Source: Leucoraja ocellata (lineage: Eukaryota). Taken from it: a stretch of DNA of 64,000 nt. The notes beneath the pieces were generated by a model. It was given only the letters and a program-made list of their open reading frames with translations. It ran no database searches and was not told the DNA's origin. The position numbers and the translations under genes are program-made. Where the stretch lies: positions 7,254,001-7,318,000 of the forward strand of contig JAWMAR010000070.1 of NCBI GenBank assembly GCA_036785375.1, read 5' to 3'. Numbering within the stretch: position 1 is the first letter of the stretch; each line of letters starts with the position of its first letter. Of the stretch, positions 1 to 11,414 are shown piece after piece.

Positions 1-1141
1 CCCCTACACCCAGATACACCCATGTATGGGATGTAAGTGTAGTTTTGTCACACCTTAGAGGTTGGCCTCCGGTGGGATCCTTGAGTCTGGAGCAGTCCAC
101 TCTCAAGACCCTCATGCTCATGGCGCTCGTCTCTGCACAAAGGGTTCAGTCGCTGCATCAACTAAGACTGGACAACATGGTAACCACCCCAGATTCCATT
201 ACATCTACCATGCCGGGGTTGGTAAAACAAAGCAGGCCAGGTATGCCCAACTCTCCGTTAATCTTCCGGGCCTATCCTCCAGAACCTAGGCTGTGTGTAG
301 TGACCCATCTATACAACTACGTAGACACAACCCAAACGCTTAGAGGGAGTGAAAAAGCCTTATGGGTCAGCCACAAAAAGCCTTTTGGACGGGTTACCAG
401 CCAGACAATATCTAGGTGGTTGAAACAGGTCTTAAAAGCCGCGGGGATTAACACGGATGTTTTAAAATCCCATTCTACCAGGGCAGCGTCCACGTCAGCG
501 GCGGAACGGATGCAGGTTCCCATAGACCACATCCTTAGTACAGCGGGATGGTCAAGGGAATCAACGTTCCGGAAATTCTACCACAAACCGCTGATGGAGA
601 AGGACTTGTTTGCGGACAAAATTTTAGAATCTGCAAACTTATAATTTAAAGCCCAGGGGAGCTATTTTTGTTATTGTTAAATAAACAATTTTGTTTCAAA
701 AAACTAACAAATTCGTTGGTCTTTAGATACCACTTCCTCCCTCGATGAACTTCGGCAGTGAGTGATATAGCTGTTACACGGTTTGAAATCACAGACCTTT
801 GAAGTCTTCACGTAGTTACTCACGTGACTCCGAAGTAAAATAGTGAGATTAAACGAGTACTTACCAGTACCAAGTTTGATCTGTATTTTATGAGGAGTTA
901 CGATGAGGGATTACGTGCCCTCCGCTCCCACCCTCGTTGTATAGATCAAACTCGAGCTGATGTCTCATTAATCTTTACTATCTTTACTTCAATATTGTGT
1001 CTACCTGTGATTCCACACCGCTGCTTGGAAGTATGCCGCGCCTGCGCACTGGGTGGGTTCTTCACGTAATCCCTCATCGTAACTCCTCATAAAATACAGA
1101 TCAAACTTCGTACTGGTAAGTACTCGTTTAATCTCACTATT
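1..1141 (+). mobile_element. 3' end of a DIRS-type (tyrosine recombinase) retrotransposon
   Basis: The YR ORF ends at 644. It is followed by a terminal region whose ends are 79-bp inverted repeats (839-917 and 1063-1141, 1 mismatch). Host CR1 sequence resumes at 1142. Confidence 0.85.
45..644 (+). CDS. Tyrosine recombinase (phage-integrase-like) domain of DIRS element, 5'-partial
   Basis: Catalytic-type motifs are present: SAQRVQSL (R), LVKQSRPG (K), HSTR, AGW, TFRKFY (Y). The frame probably continues upstream of the window. Confidence 0.85.
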   Translation: MSHLRGWPPVGSLSLEQSTLKTLMLMALVSAQRVQSLHQLRLDNMVTTPDSITSTMPGLVKQSRPGMPNSPLIFRAYPPEPRLCVVTHLYNYVDTTQTLRGSEKALWVSHKKPFGRVTSQTISRWLKQVLKAAGINTDVLKSHSTRAASTSAAERMQVPIDHILSTAGWSRESTFRKFYHKPLMEKDLFADKILESANL

Positions 1142-2300
1142 CTCTGCCACAGAAGATATTTGAGGCCAGTCATTGGCTTTATTTAAGAAGGAGTTAGATG
1201 TGGCCCTTGTGGCTAAAGGGATCAGGGGGTATGGAGAGAAGGCAGGTACTGGATACTGAGTCGGATGATCAGCCATGATCATGTTGAATGGCGGTGCAGG
1301 CTCGAAGGGCCGAATGACCTCCCCCTGCACCTATTGTCTATTGTCTATTGTCTATTGTCTATTGAGATAGGAAACATTTAAAGATACAAGTGCAGGCAGT
1401 TACAATCGTTACTGTGCTGTACTGTTCCATGTTCCATGGCCTACTCCTGCACCTAATTTCTATGTTTCTATGTTTCAATGAGAGCCAGATAGGGTAGACA
1501 GTCAGAACCAATTTGCGCAGAGTGGAAATGCCAAAGACTAGAGGGCATCGCTTTAGGGTAGGAGGCTTTCAAGAGAGAGTTAGATAGAGCTCTTAAATAT
1601 AGCGGAGTCAAGGGATATGGGGAGAAGGCAAGAATGGGGTACCGATTGTGGATGGCGGTGATCACAGTGAATGGCGGTGCAGGCTCGAAGGGCCGAATGG
1701 CCAACTCCTGCACCTATTGTCTATTGTCCATTGAGATAGGAAAAATTTAAAGATGTGCGGGACACAGAGGGTGGTGGGTGCCTGGAACACAATGCTGTGG
1801 GTGGTGGAGGCAGATACAATAGTTCAGAGTCTTTATCTAAAAGATCTCATGGACATGCAGGGAATTGAGATTATGGATCAGGTGCAGGCAGAGGAGATTA
1901 GCTGAACTTGGCATCATGTTCAGCACGGACCTTGTGGGCCGAAGGGCCTGTTCCTGTGCTGTTCCATGTTCTATGTTACATCATCTTCTCAATCACATCT
2001 TGAGAAGAACATTTTCCAGAGGTGCCCTGGTACCACCAGTGTGACATTCATTGTATCTGCTGCAGTCAATGAGTGTGTTGTGTAGACAGCCAGAGGAGAA
2101 GATGGGATTTATGTGGAGTTTCATTTTGTAATCATTATTTATTTAATGTCATAGTGTAATAGAGTCATAGAGTGATACAGTATGGAAACAGGCCCTTCGG
2201 CCCAACTTGCCCACACTGGCCAACATGTCCCAGCTACACTAGTCCCACCTGTCCACGTTTGGTCCATATCCCTCCAAATCTGACCTATACCTGTTCCTGT
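1142..2300 (+). repeat. Left arm of ~1.1-kb inverted segmental duplication (partner 4842-5880)
   Basis: Reverse-complement match includes unique non-TE sequence (1980-2160 vs 4980-5165) and the same mosaic of CR1 tails. Confidence 0.85.
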
Positions 2301-2499
2301 TTAACTGTTTCTTAAACGTTGGGATAGTTTCTGCCTCAACTGCGATGAGTTGACCAGAACGAGACGTGGTGGAGACACAAGCAGGATGTGTGGGGCGCCT
2401 GGTTGGCCGCTGGCAGCTGGGATGACGTTGTTCTTGTTAAACGTTAACGGCTGATGCAACGACACGTTTGGCAGAGGGTGGAGAGGTCGCGGCTGACTG

Positions 2500-2693
2500 C
2501 GGCCAATGCTCCGTGGGAGGCAGTGATTGGTTGAATGTACGTGAGGGCAGACAATGAGGGGCAGGAGAAGCCGGGAGTCGGTATAAAAGGAGCGAGCGAT
2601 GGCAGGAGATGAGAACAAGACCGACCCCGTCACCCTGTGTGGAGACTCCGGAGCTGGTAACCAACCCTGTGGATCCTTCAAGTGTCTGTGAGT
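2500..2693 (+). promoter_or_regulatory. Putative promoter and non-coding exon 1 of Ig-V gene copy 1
   Basis: CCAAT at 2503-2507, reverse CCAAT at 2526-2530, TATAAAA at 2582-2588, and candidate splice donors GTAACC (2657) or GTGAGT (2688). The same module lies upstream of copy 2 in the same relative orientation. Confidence 0.6.
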
Positions 2694-3236
2694 GATGGGG
2701 GTGGGATTGTCTCTGTTCACTGTTCCCCCAGTTCAGAAGCCTGATAGCAGAGGGGAAGAAGCTGTTCCTGAGTCTGGTGGTGCGCGCTTTCAAGCTTCTG
2801 TACCTTCTGCTAGACAGGACCAGGGAGAAGGAGGAATGACCGGGGTGGGACTAGTGATGGAGTCATAGAGTCACAGCGAGACCTTCGGCCCAACTTGCCC
2901 GCGCCCACCAACGTGCCCCCATCAATACTAGACCCACCTGCCTGCGTTTGGCCCTTACCCCCCTAATCCTGTCCTATCAATGTACCTGTCTAACTGATTC
3001 TTAATCATTGTGATAGTACCTGCTTCAACTACCTCTTCCGGCAGCTCGTTCCAAACACCCTCCACCCTTTGTGTAAAAAAGTCACCCCTCAGTTTCCCAT
3101 TAAATCTTTCCCCCCCCCTCGCCTTAAACCGATGTCCTCTGGTTCTCGATTCCCCAACTCTGGGCGGGTTCAGGGAATGTCATCATGAATCCTACTGAGT
3201 TGCAATAAGGTGACCCATTGTTTCACCCACAGGAAC

Positions 3237-3746
3237 ATGGGACTGCAGAGATGGATAGGATTCATGGTCCTTGTGGAGATGGTGTGGCAAGTCTCCGCAA
3301 CTGGAACAGGTCCGATCTCCAGAGAATGGGGAGAGGAAGCAAACTTGGCCGGGTGGAACGCACGGGAGCCTCGACAAGTCAACAAACAAGATACTCCACA
3401 ATGCGGTGCTATATCAGCTTCGACCAAGTTACAATTCACGGATATAGAGACAAGCCAGGGTGGTTCTACTACGCTACCCTGTAAAGTACCCACAGGGAAG
3501 GATGGACCCAAGACTTTTGAGGTCACCTGGACTAAAGGGACGAAGACATTGGCCGTGTTTACTATAGGGAAAGGTGCCAATTATCCAGGGGGGGCCGGCC
3601 GCTGGAAGTTCAAGGAAACAAACGTGGATGAGACACGGGATGCCTCGTTGGTCATCAAGGGTTTACAGAAGAGTGATGTTGGGATGTATTCCTGCACTTG
3701 GCAAACGGGCAAAGATAAATGTAGACTAACTTCCAAGCTGTCATGA
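3237..3746 (+). CDS. Putative secreted single Ig V-set domain protein, copy 1 (signal peptide + pro-segment + V domain in one exon)
   Basis: Splice acceptor tttcacccacag ends at 3232 and ATG is at 3237. A hydrophobic N-terminus ends VSA, followed by an REPR motif. V-set hallmarks are TTLPC, VTW, RDASL and DVGMYSC. No transmembrane segment. Confidence 0.8.
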   Translation: MGLQRWIGFMVLVEMVWQVSATGTGPISREWGEEANLAGWNAREPRQVNKQDTPQCGAISASTKLQFTDIETSQGGSTTLPCKVPTGKDGPKTFEVTWTKGTKTLAVFTIGKGANYPGGAGRWKFKETNVDETRDASLVIKGLQKSDVGMYSCTWQTGKDKCRLTSKLS

Positions 3747-4149
3747 AGTAAAACCTCACACTGACCCAGCACAGGCCCCCCCCATGTCACAGAAGCAACA
3801 GGCAGTGGCAGGACAGCAGAAACACACAATAACATCCATCATTATAAACTTCACACACTTAGACCAACAACAGCATTCTATATTGTAGTCACTTAATTGA
3901 TCATGAGGGGAATAGAGGGGTGAACACAAAACATCTTTTACCTGGGGTACGGGAATCAAGAACCAGGGGGACATAAGTTTAAGGTTAGAGGGGCAAGATT
4001 TAATAGGAACCTGAGGGGCAACATTTTCACTCAGGGGGCGGTGGGTTTATAGAACTGTCTGGTGGGGTGGGAATTGTAACAATATTTAATACACACTTGG
4101 GACAGGGAAAGGTTTAGGGGGATATGGGGCAAATGTAGTGCAATGGGAC

Positions 4150-4400
4150 AGATCGTGCTTGCATCGGTAAATGTATCATTAATGGAAATAAACTCTCTTG
4201 AAGACAGCCGGTGTGAGTGATTCTTTGTACGCCAGCATTGAGTTGGGTGTGAACTTTGTGCAACTCTTGCTCACTACGGGCAACATCGCCGGCTTCTATG
4301 AGCTGTGTCCAACATTGTCCATGACCACACGGGGACGGAACAACATGTGGAAAATCAGGAGTCCGCAGATGTTGAGAACAGGAACAAAAATAACGGGGAA
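4150..4400 (+). terminator. Conserved 3' module with poly(A) signal for Ig-V copy 1
   Basis: AATAAA at 4187-4192 followed by GT-rich sequence. Near-identical copies lie downstream of copy 2 (11415-11670, minus) and at 63800-64000 (minus). Confidence 0.55.
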
Positions 4401-4841
4401 TGTTGTCAGGAACAAAACAGGGACAAAAGTAAAGACTATATTTAAGAGGGAGTTAGATGTGGCCCTTGTGGCTAAAGAGATCAGGGGGTATGGAGAGAAG
4501 GCAGGTACAGGATACTGAGTTGGATGATCAGCCATGATCATATTGAATGGCGGTGCAGGCTCGATGGGCCGAATGGCCTCTACTCCTGCACCTATTTTCT
4601 ATGTTTCTTTGACACAAAAGTAGGCGGTTTTGCATGTGCAGGACCTACACAGTGAATAGTCCAGCTCTGGGGAATGTTGTAGAGCAGAGGGATCTATGAG
4701 TGAAGGTACATGGTTCCTTGAAGATGCAGTTGCAGGTAGATACGGTGGTCAAAAAGGCTTTTGGCACTTTGGCCTTCATCAGTCACAGTATGGAGTATAG
4801 ATGTTGGGAGGTCATCTTGCGTTGGTGAGGCAACAGTGAGT

Positions 4842-5880
4842 CAGGTACATGGAGAGGACAGGTTTGGAGGGATATGGACCAAACACAGGCAGGTGAGACT
4901 AGTGTAGCTGGGACATGTTGGCCAGTGTGGGCAAGTTGGGCCGAAGGGCCTGTGTCCACACTGTATCACTCTATGACTCTATTACACTATGACATTAAAT
5001 AAATAATGATTACAAAATGAAACTCCACATAAATCCCATCTTCTCCTCTGGCTGTCTACACAACACACGCATTGACTGCAGCAGATACAATGAATGTCAC
5101 ACTGGGGGTACCAGGGCACCTCTGGAAAATGTTCTTCTCAAGATGTGATTGAGAAGATGATGTAACATAGAACATGGAACAGCACAGGAACAGGCCCTTC
5201 GGCCCACATGGTCCGTGCTGAACATGATGCCAAGTTCAGCTAATCTCCTCTGCCTGCACCTGATCCATAATCTCAATTCCCTGCATATCCATGAGATTTT
5301 TTAGATAAAGACCCTGAACTATTGTATCTGCCTCCACCACCCACAGCATCGTGTTCCAGGCACCCACCACCCTCTGTGTCCAGCACATCTTTAAATGTTT
5401 CCTATCTCAATAGACAATAGACAATAGGTGCAGGAGTTGGCCATTCGGCCCTTCGAGCCAGCACCGCCATTCACTGTGATCACCGCCATCCACAATCAGT
5501 ACCCCATTCTTGCCTTCTCCCCATATCCCTTGACTCCGCTATATTTAAGAGCTCTATCTAACTCTCTCTTGAAAGCCTCCTACCCTAAAGCGATGCCCTC
5601 TAGTCTTTGGCATTTCCACTCTGCGCAAATTGGTTCTGACTGTCTACCCTATCTGGCTCTCATAGAAACATAGAAACATAGAAATTAGGTGCAGGAGTAG
5701 GCCATTCGGCCCTTCGAGCCTGCACCGCCATTCAATATGATCATGGCTGATCACCCGACTCAGTATCCAGTACCTGCCTTCTCTCCATACCCCCTGATCC
5801 CTTTAGCCACAAGGGCCACATCTAACTCCTTCTTAAATATAGCCAATGATTTGGCCTCAAATATCTTCTGTGGCAGAGAA
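4842..5880 (-). repeat. Right arm of inverted segmental duplication (partner 1142-2300)
   Basis: Reverse complement of the left arm. The CR1 is uninterrupted here (ggaattctctgcc on the minus strand). Confidence 0.85.
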
Positions 5881-6180
5881 TTCCACAGATTCACCACTCT
5901 CTGTGTGAAAAATGTTTTTCTCATCTCAGTCCTAAAAGATTTCCCCCTTATCCTTAAACTGTGACCCCTTGTCCTGGACTTCCCCAACATCGGGAACAAT
6001 CTTCCTGCATCTAGCCTGTCCAACCCCTTAAGAATTTTATTACCTTCTGTCAGGTCTCCGCTCAACATCTGAAGTTCTAGAGAAACCAATCCAAGATTAT
6101 CCAACCTGTCCATATAACTTGCTATTGAGGGAGTGCAACGTAGGTTCACCAGGTTAATGCCCGGGATGGCGGGACTGACA
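5690..6180 (-). mobile_element. CR1-type LINE 3' fragment
   Basis: Translation RTRGHSLRIRGKSFRTEMRKTFFTQRVVNLWNSLP is the typical CR1 ORF2 C-terminus; tttctatg tail repeats follow. Confidence 0.85.
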
Positions 6181-6730
6181 TGTCAACTTCTTCTTTCGTG
6201 TGGCGTGCACAGCCTAAAGTTGTAGGACAACTTGTTCTATTTGATGTTGAAGTAGAAACTGCAGATACTGGAAAATCAAAGGTACACAAAAATGCTGGAG
6301 AAACTCAGCGGGTGCAGCAGCATCTATGGAGCGAAGGAAATAGGCAACGTTTCGTCCCGAAGGTTCCCAGAGGTTGCAGGTGGTTGCCGGAGGTTGCAGG
6401 TAGTGGAAGCAGGTAGGGAGACAGACAAAAACCTCCGGGAACCGCACGGAAACCTTGGGTGGGGCGCAAAGTCTCCAGAGGTTTCCGTTCAGGTTTCCCA
6501 AGTGGGACAGGGGCATTAGTGCAACCTTGGACATTCCATAGACGTTCATCGTTGACCTCAGTGTCGTGTCGTGTTCAACAGCCTGATGGTTGTTGGGAAG
6601 GAAGAATTGATCCAACGCCATCCCAGCTGCCGGATCAGATTGAGTATAAACTGCGGAACCAGCGCAGGTGCCAAGGGCTGTGGTGGTGACGTGGCGTGGC
6701 TGGGACATCTGGTCCGATGGGTGGCCAAAG

Positions 6731-7156
6731 CGAGACGTGTTGGAGACACAAGCAGGATGTGTGGGGCGCCTGGTTGGCCGCTGGCAGCTGGGATGACGTT
6801 GTTCTTGTTAAACGTTAACGGCTGATGCAACGACACGTTTGGCAGAGGGTGGAGAGGTCGCGGCTGACTCCGGCCAATGCTCCGTGGGAGGCAGTGATTG
6901 GTTGAATGTACGTGAGGGCAGACAATGAGGGGCAGGAGAAGCCGGGAGTCGGTATAAAAGGAGCGAGCGATGGCAGGAGATGAGAACAAGACCGACCCCG
7001 TCACCCTGTGTGGAGACTCCGGAGCTGGTAACCAACCCTGTGGATCCTTCAAGTGTCTGTGAGTGATGGGGGTGGGATTTTCTCTGTTCACTGTTCCCCC
7101 AGTTCAGAAGCCTGATAGCAGAGGGGAAGAAGCTGTTCCTGAGTCTGGTGGTGCGC
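6731..7156 (+). pseudogene. Orphan third copy of the Ig-V promoter/exon-1 module, truncated by a Gypsy element
   Basis: Near-identical to ~2360-2787 (TATAAAA at 6953-6959). Identity stops abruptly at 7156, where Gypsy pol begins, and no prepro-Ig exon follows. Confidence 0.6.
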
Positions 7157-7157
7157 A

Positions 7158-9215
7158 ATCAGGCTGATATTTCACTGAAGTCCGGAATAAATTTGCTCAA
7201 GTAGTTCACGATGCTAAGGAATCTCTGCAGACTGAGCACGTGTGTGGGTGCTGGGAGCTTGTTGATGGCACTGCTTTTCACCGGATCAGTTTTTAGGCCA
7301 TCCTTAGTGAACACATGACCTAAGCATTTCACCTCACTTACCCTGCATTTGCATTTTTTAGGGTTTAGCTTGAGGTTGATGGCCTTGGCGCGATGCAGGA
7401 CCTTTGTCAGATTTGCATTGTGATCTTCGACAGTTCGTCCAGCAACGAGGATGTCATCCACTACAATGGAGCATGGGTAAACCGCAAACAACTGCTCCAT
7501 AGCTTGTTGAAATACTTCACTGGCAGAGCTTATGCCAAAAGGCATGCGAAGAAATTTGTAACGCCCGAACGGATTGCTAGGTGGTTAACTTAGAGGCGTT
7601 ATGTTCCAGCGAAATCTGCCAGAATGAGCTCTTGGCATCTAGTACAGTGAATACAGTTGCCTCAGCCATCTGCACTGCAATCTTGTCCACAGTGTGCATG
7701 GGATAGTGAGGTCATTGAATGCCTGTGTTTAAGTCCTTATGGTTGATACAAATCCGTATTTCGTCTTTACTCTCCTTCGTTGCCACAACCGTGGAGACCC
7801 AATCCGAGGGGTCAGCGACGGGAGCAATCACACCTAGAGATACCATTCCGTTGAGTTCACTTTGAACACGGTCCCGCAATAGCATGGGGAATCTTGTGAG
7901 CTGGACAGACAACTGGGATTATCTCAGGGTTAATGGTAATTGTGTACTTAGCAGGCAGCCTGCCCAGCTTGTCGTCAAAAAAAGTTTTGTATTGTGTCAG
8001 GATTTGTTGGCTAAAGTCACAGGTTGTAGTCAGATGACAAACAGAAAGGCTGAAAGAGACAAGTCCCAGGTCGTGACAAGCGTTGGCACCCAGCAGAGAC
8101 GGCACATGCTCACGAACAACATAGAAACTCAGGTTGTGGACACGTGAGTTAAGACAGCAGCGTAACTCGACTTGACCGATAGGGTGCACTGGACATCCTG
8201 CAAATGGGAGAAGGGAGGCAGTCGTAGGAGTGACGGTCTCTGTTTTTCATAACTTTTTCAACACAGCTAGACAGATCACATTACATCTGGCCCCTGAGTC
8301 AACTTTCAGATAAAAGTTTTTGCCATTAATGAGCAAAGCGACCTTGGGGTCTAGTTGTTTGTGTATTGAGTCAGATGGGAATGCACATCACAATCAAAAC
8401 CTTCGCTAGCAGCCTGCAAATCCGTGGGAGCTGGTTGAGAGCAAGTTCAACTGCAAGTTCTCATGGCCAAGTGAGTTAACAGATTGCCTTGTTTGAACTC
8501 TGTTGCTACGTGAGCGGCAGAATTTGATGAGATTATTCCTTTTGTTACAAAATCGACATAATTTTCCATACGCAGGGCAACGGCACTGGCATACATCTCC
8601 ACAGGCTCACCCTGTCTCTGGCTTCGGGAAAAGAACAAATGCCTCTCCATGACCAAGTTAGTGCGTAACTCACATAACTGTTGGAATTAGCGTGGTAGGC
8701 AATCAGGGTCACGGATAGACTCAGCGGGAACAATCTGGACACCAGCCGGGTCAAACCTAGCCAGTTCATAATGAAATCTTCTGGCAGCATCATGCAGCTT
8801 CTGTGCCTGCTAGATTAAGAAGAATTGACGCTTGAACACCGGGAGCAGCAGTAGGGTGAGTTGCTTCAATGTAAAATGAGAAATCTTCTTCAAATATGCG
8901 CCACCTTTCTGCGAGATCTTCGTGGTGTTACACAGGATCTCTGGGTTTTCTGAGAGCAGAAGCCACAGTAATATATACCGGAGGAAACAACAAACTAAAA
9001 TAAAAACAAGGAGTGAGGCCGTCCACTCTGACACCATGTCGATATTCTGCTATTGGAATAACTTAAGTCACACACAGTGATTAAGATCCAAAGACTTTAT
9101 TAGCGTTACAGCATAGGTAACTTCATCTTAATATGTAACTCAAGACTGAGGGAGAAAGGGCTGAGAAGCTTTCTGTTAAACTAGTGGGCGTAGCTACAAA
9201 GTATGACTCACAACA
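7158..9215 (-). mobile_element. Decayed Gypsy/Ty3 LTR retrotransposon (5' LTR, PBS, gag, protease, RT; truncated)
   Basis: LTR at ~9037-9215 (TGTTG...CGACA, internal AATAAA) with the PBS TGGTGTCAGAGTG adjacent (tRNA-Leu-like). Protease motif LKVDSGARCNVI at ~8280-8330. RT motifs MPFGISSASEVFQ and VVDDILV at 7159-7545. Frameshifts and stops are present. Confidence 0.85.
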
Positions 9216-9559
9216 TGAGTGACACAGGGAAAGAACCCAGCACAAAGTTTAATGATTAGATTTGGATAACAAAAGATGGCCTTGTCGGTGGCACCTACAT
9301 CACGTTAAATCTTACCTACACAGTTGGGCACTATGGGTGAGTGGTGGAATATTGCATTGGGGGAACGGGTTGCGTTGGGGGACTAAGCCTCCCGTGGGGG
9401 CTATGGGTGAGTGGTGGATTATTGCGTTGGGGGAACGGGTTACGGTGAGGGAATGGGTGGGTGGTGGATTTGGGTTGTGTTGGGGGAATGGATGAGTGGT
9501 GGATTATTTTGTTGGGGGATGGGGTCCAACGGGTCCCACTTGATCTAGACAACTATAAC

Positions 9560-9920
9560 ATTCTTAAGGGATTGGACAGGCTATATGTTAGAAAAATGTT
9601 CCCAATGTTCAGGGAGCCCAGAACCAGGCGTCACAGTATAAGAATAAGAGGTAGCCCATTTAGGACTGGGATGAGGAAACAAAATTCACCCAGAGAGTTG
9701 TGAATCTGTGGAATTCTCTGCCACAGAAGGCAGTGGAGGCCAATTCACTGGAAGTTTTCAAGAGAGTTAGATTTAGCTCTTAGGGATAAAATAATCAAAG
9801 GATATGGGGAGAAAGCAGGAACAGGGTACTGATTTAGGATGATCAGCCATGATCATATTGAATGGCGGTGCTAACTCGAAGAGCCGAATGGCCTCTACTC
9901 CTGCTATTTTCTATGTTTCT
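9560..9920 (+). mobile_element. CR1-type LINE 3' fragment
   Basis: ILKGLDRL...RTRRHSIRIRG and CR1 3' UTR/tail. Confidence 0.8.
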
Positions 9921-10903
9921 ATCTCCCTTTGGATCCCATGCGATCTAATATTTCAGAGCAGCCTACCATGCGGTACCTTGTCTCATCTCTTGCTGAAACT
10001 CACATATACATCATATGCAGCTATGCCATCATCAACCTTTTTGGTCACATCTTTAAAAAACTCATTCATATCTGTGAGACACTACCTCCTGTATACAAAA
10101 CCATCTCTAATCAGCCCATCTAAATACATGTATAGATATCCCTCAGAAAACTCTGTGGTAACTTTCTCAACACAAATGTTCTGCTCATGGGGTCTCCATT
10201 TGTTACCTTACACCATGCTCACTGGCCCAAGTGCTGAGGTGCAGCTGCTGTGGTGAAACCTGTGTGTGACGTGCGGACTAGGACTTAGATCTGACCAGAT
10301 GCCCTGGACCTTGCTTCATCATTGGCTGACATCACACCAGTCACAGCAACTCCACTTTTGTTCAGCTCATAAACATTGGCCGGTGTGGGCAAGTCGGGCC
10401 GAAGGGCCTGTTACCACACTGTATCACCCTATGACTCTAAAGATGGAAATGCCAATGACTAGAGAGCACAGTTTTAAGGTGAAAGGACAAAGCTTAAAGC
10501 AGATGTGCAGGGAAATTATTTGACACAGTGGGTGGTGGGTGCCTGGCACGTGCTGCCAGGGGTGGGGGTGGTGGAGGCAGATATGATATGGCATTTAAGA
10601 GACATTTGGATAGGCACATAGATATGCAGGGATTGGAGAGATGTAGATATGTGCAGGAAGATTAGAGTACGTCTTGGCATCATGTCCAGCACACATGTTA
10701 TGGGCCGAAGGGCCTGTTCCTGTGCTGCACTGTTCTATGTTCTACAACAGTAACTAAACTATGAACCATGGATTGTTTTTGGATGCACGAGGACTTTAGA
10801 CTTTTTTGCACTAGTATTGGGGTTATAAATTAATTGATGTTTTGTTTATTAAATGTTCTCTATGAGTATGGTGTTTCCAAGCCTGTTCTGCTGCTTCAGG
10901 TAA

Positions 10904-11217
10904 TGGCCCTGTCCCACGGTACGAGTTCATTCCAAGAGCTCTCCCGAGTTTGCCCTGATCTGAACTCGGAGATTTACGGTAATGGCCGCTCGTCGGTACT
11001 CGGGGCTCTCGTGGACTATTATCAACAGGTTGAAAAATCTTCACGAGTCTTCCCGTGCTTACCTGCCGTTAGCGAGTCTTCCTGAGTACCTGCCGTTAGC
11101 GTTACAAGCCGCTAAGAGACGTCCCCGTTCCGTTCATTCTCCGTGCTTATCACGAGTTTGATTTTTTTTAAACTTGAGAGAGCTCTTGGGATGAACTTGT
11201 ACCGTGGGACAGGGCCA
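10904..11217. mobile_element. PIF/Harbinger-type MITE
   Basis: ~48-bp TIRs tggccctgtcccacggtac.../...gtaccgtgggacagggcca flanked by a TAA duplication (10901-10903 and 11218-11220). Confidence 0.8.
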
Positions 11218-11414
11218 TAAGGATTTCATAGTCCCATTTTTGGTACATACGACAATTAAACACTCTTGACTCTAGACTCTTGACACCTGAGACCATATGA
11301 TCCACCTAACTTCAACGATAAACATCCTCTCTTGCCCGGTTCTGTTGAAGGATCTTCTGAAACGTTGCCTCTGTTGCTCCCCCTCAGATGCTGCCTGACC
11401 CACTGTGTGTCTCC

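Noticed and set aside
3757-3800. CACACTG after Ig-V copy 1 as a RAG recombination signal heptamer
   Set aside because: There is no nonamer at 12 or 23 bp spacing, it lies beyond the stop codon, copy 2 has no equivalent, and no J or C segments are visible.
4198-4518. Thrice-repeated ORF MKTAGVSDSLYASIELG (also 11256-11621 and 63676-63888)
   Set aside because: It starts at TTG just after AATAAA and the three C-termini run into unrelated sequence; better explained as a duplicated 3' flank.
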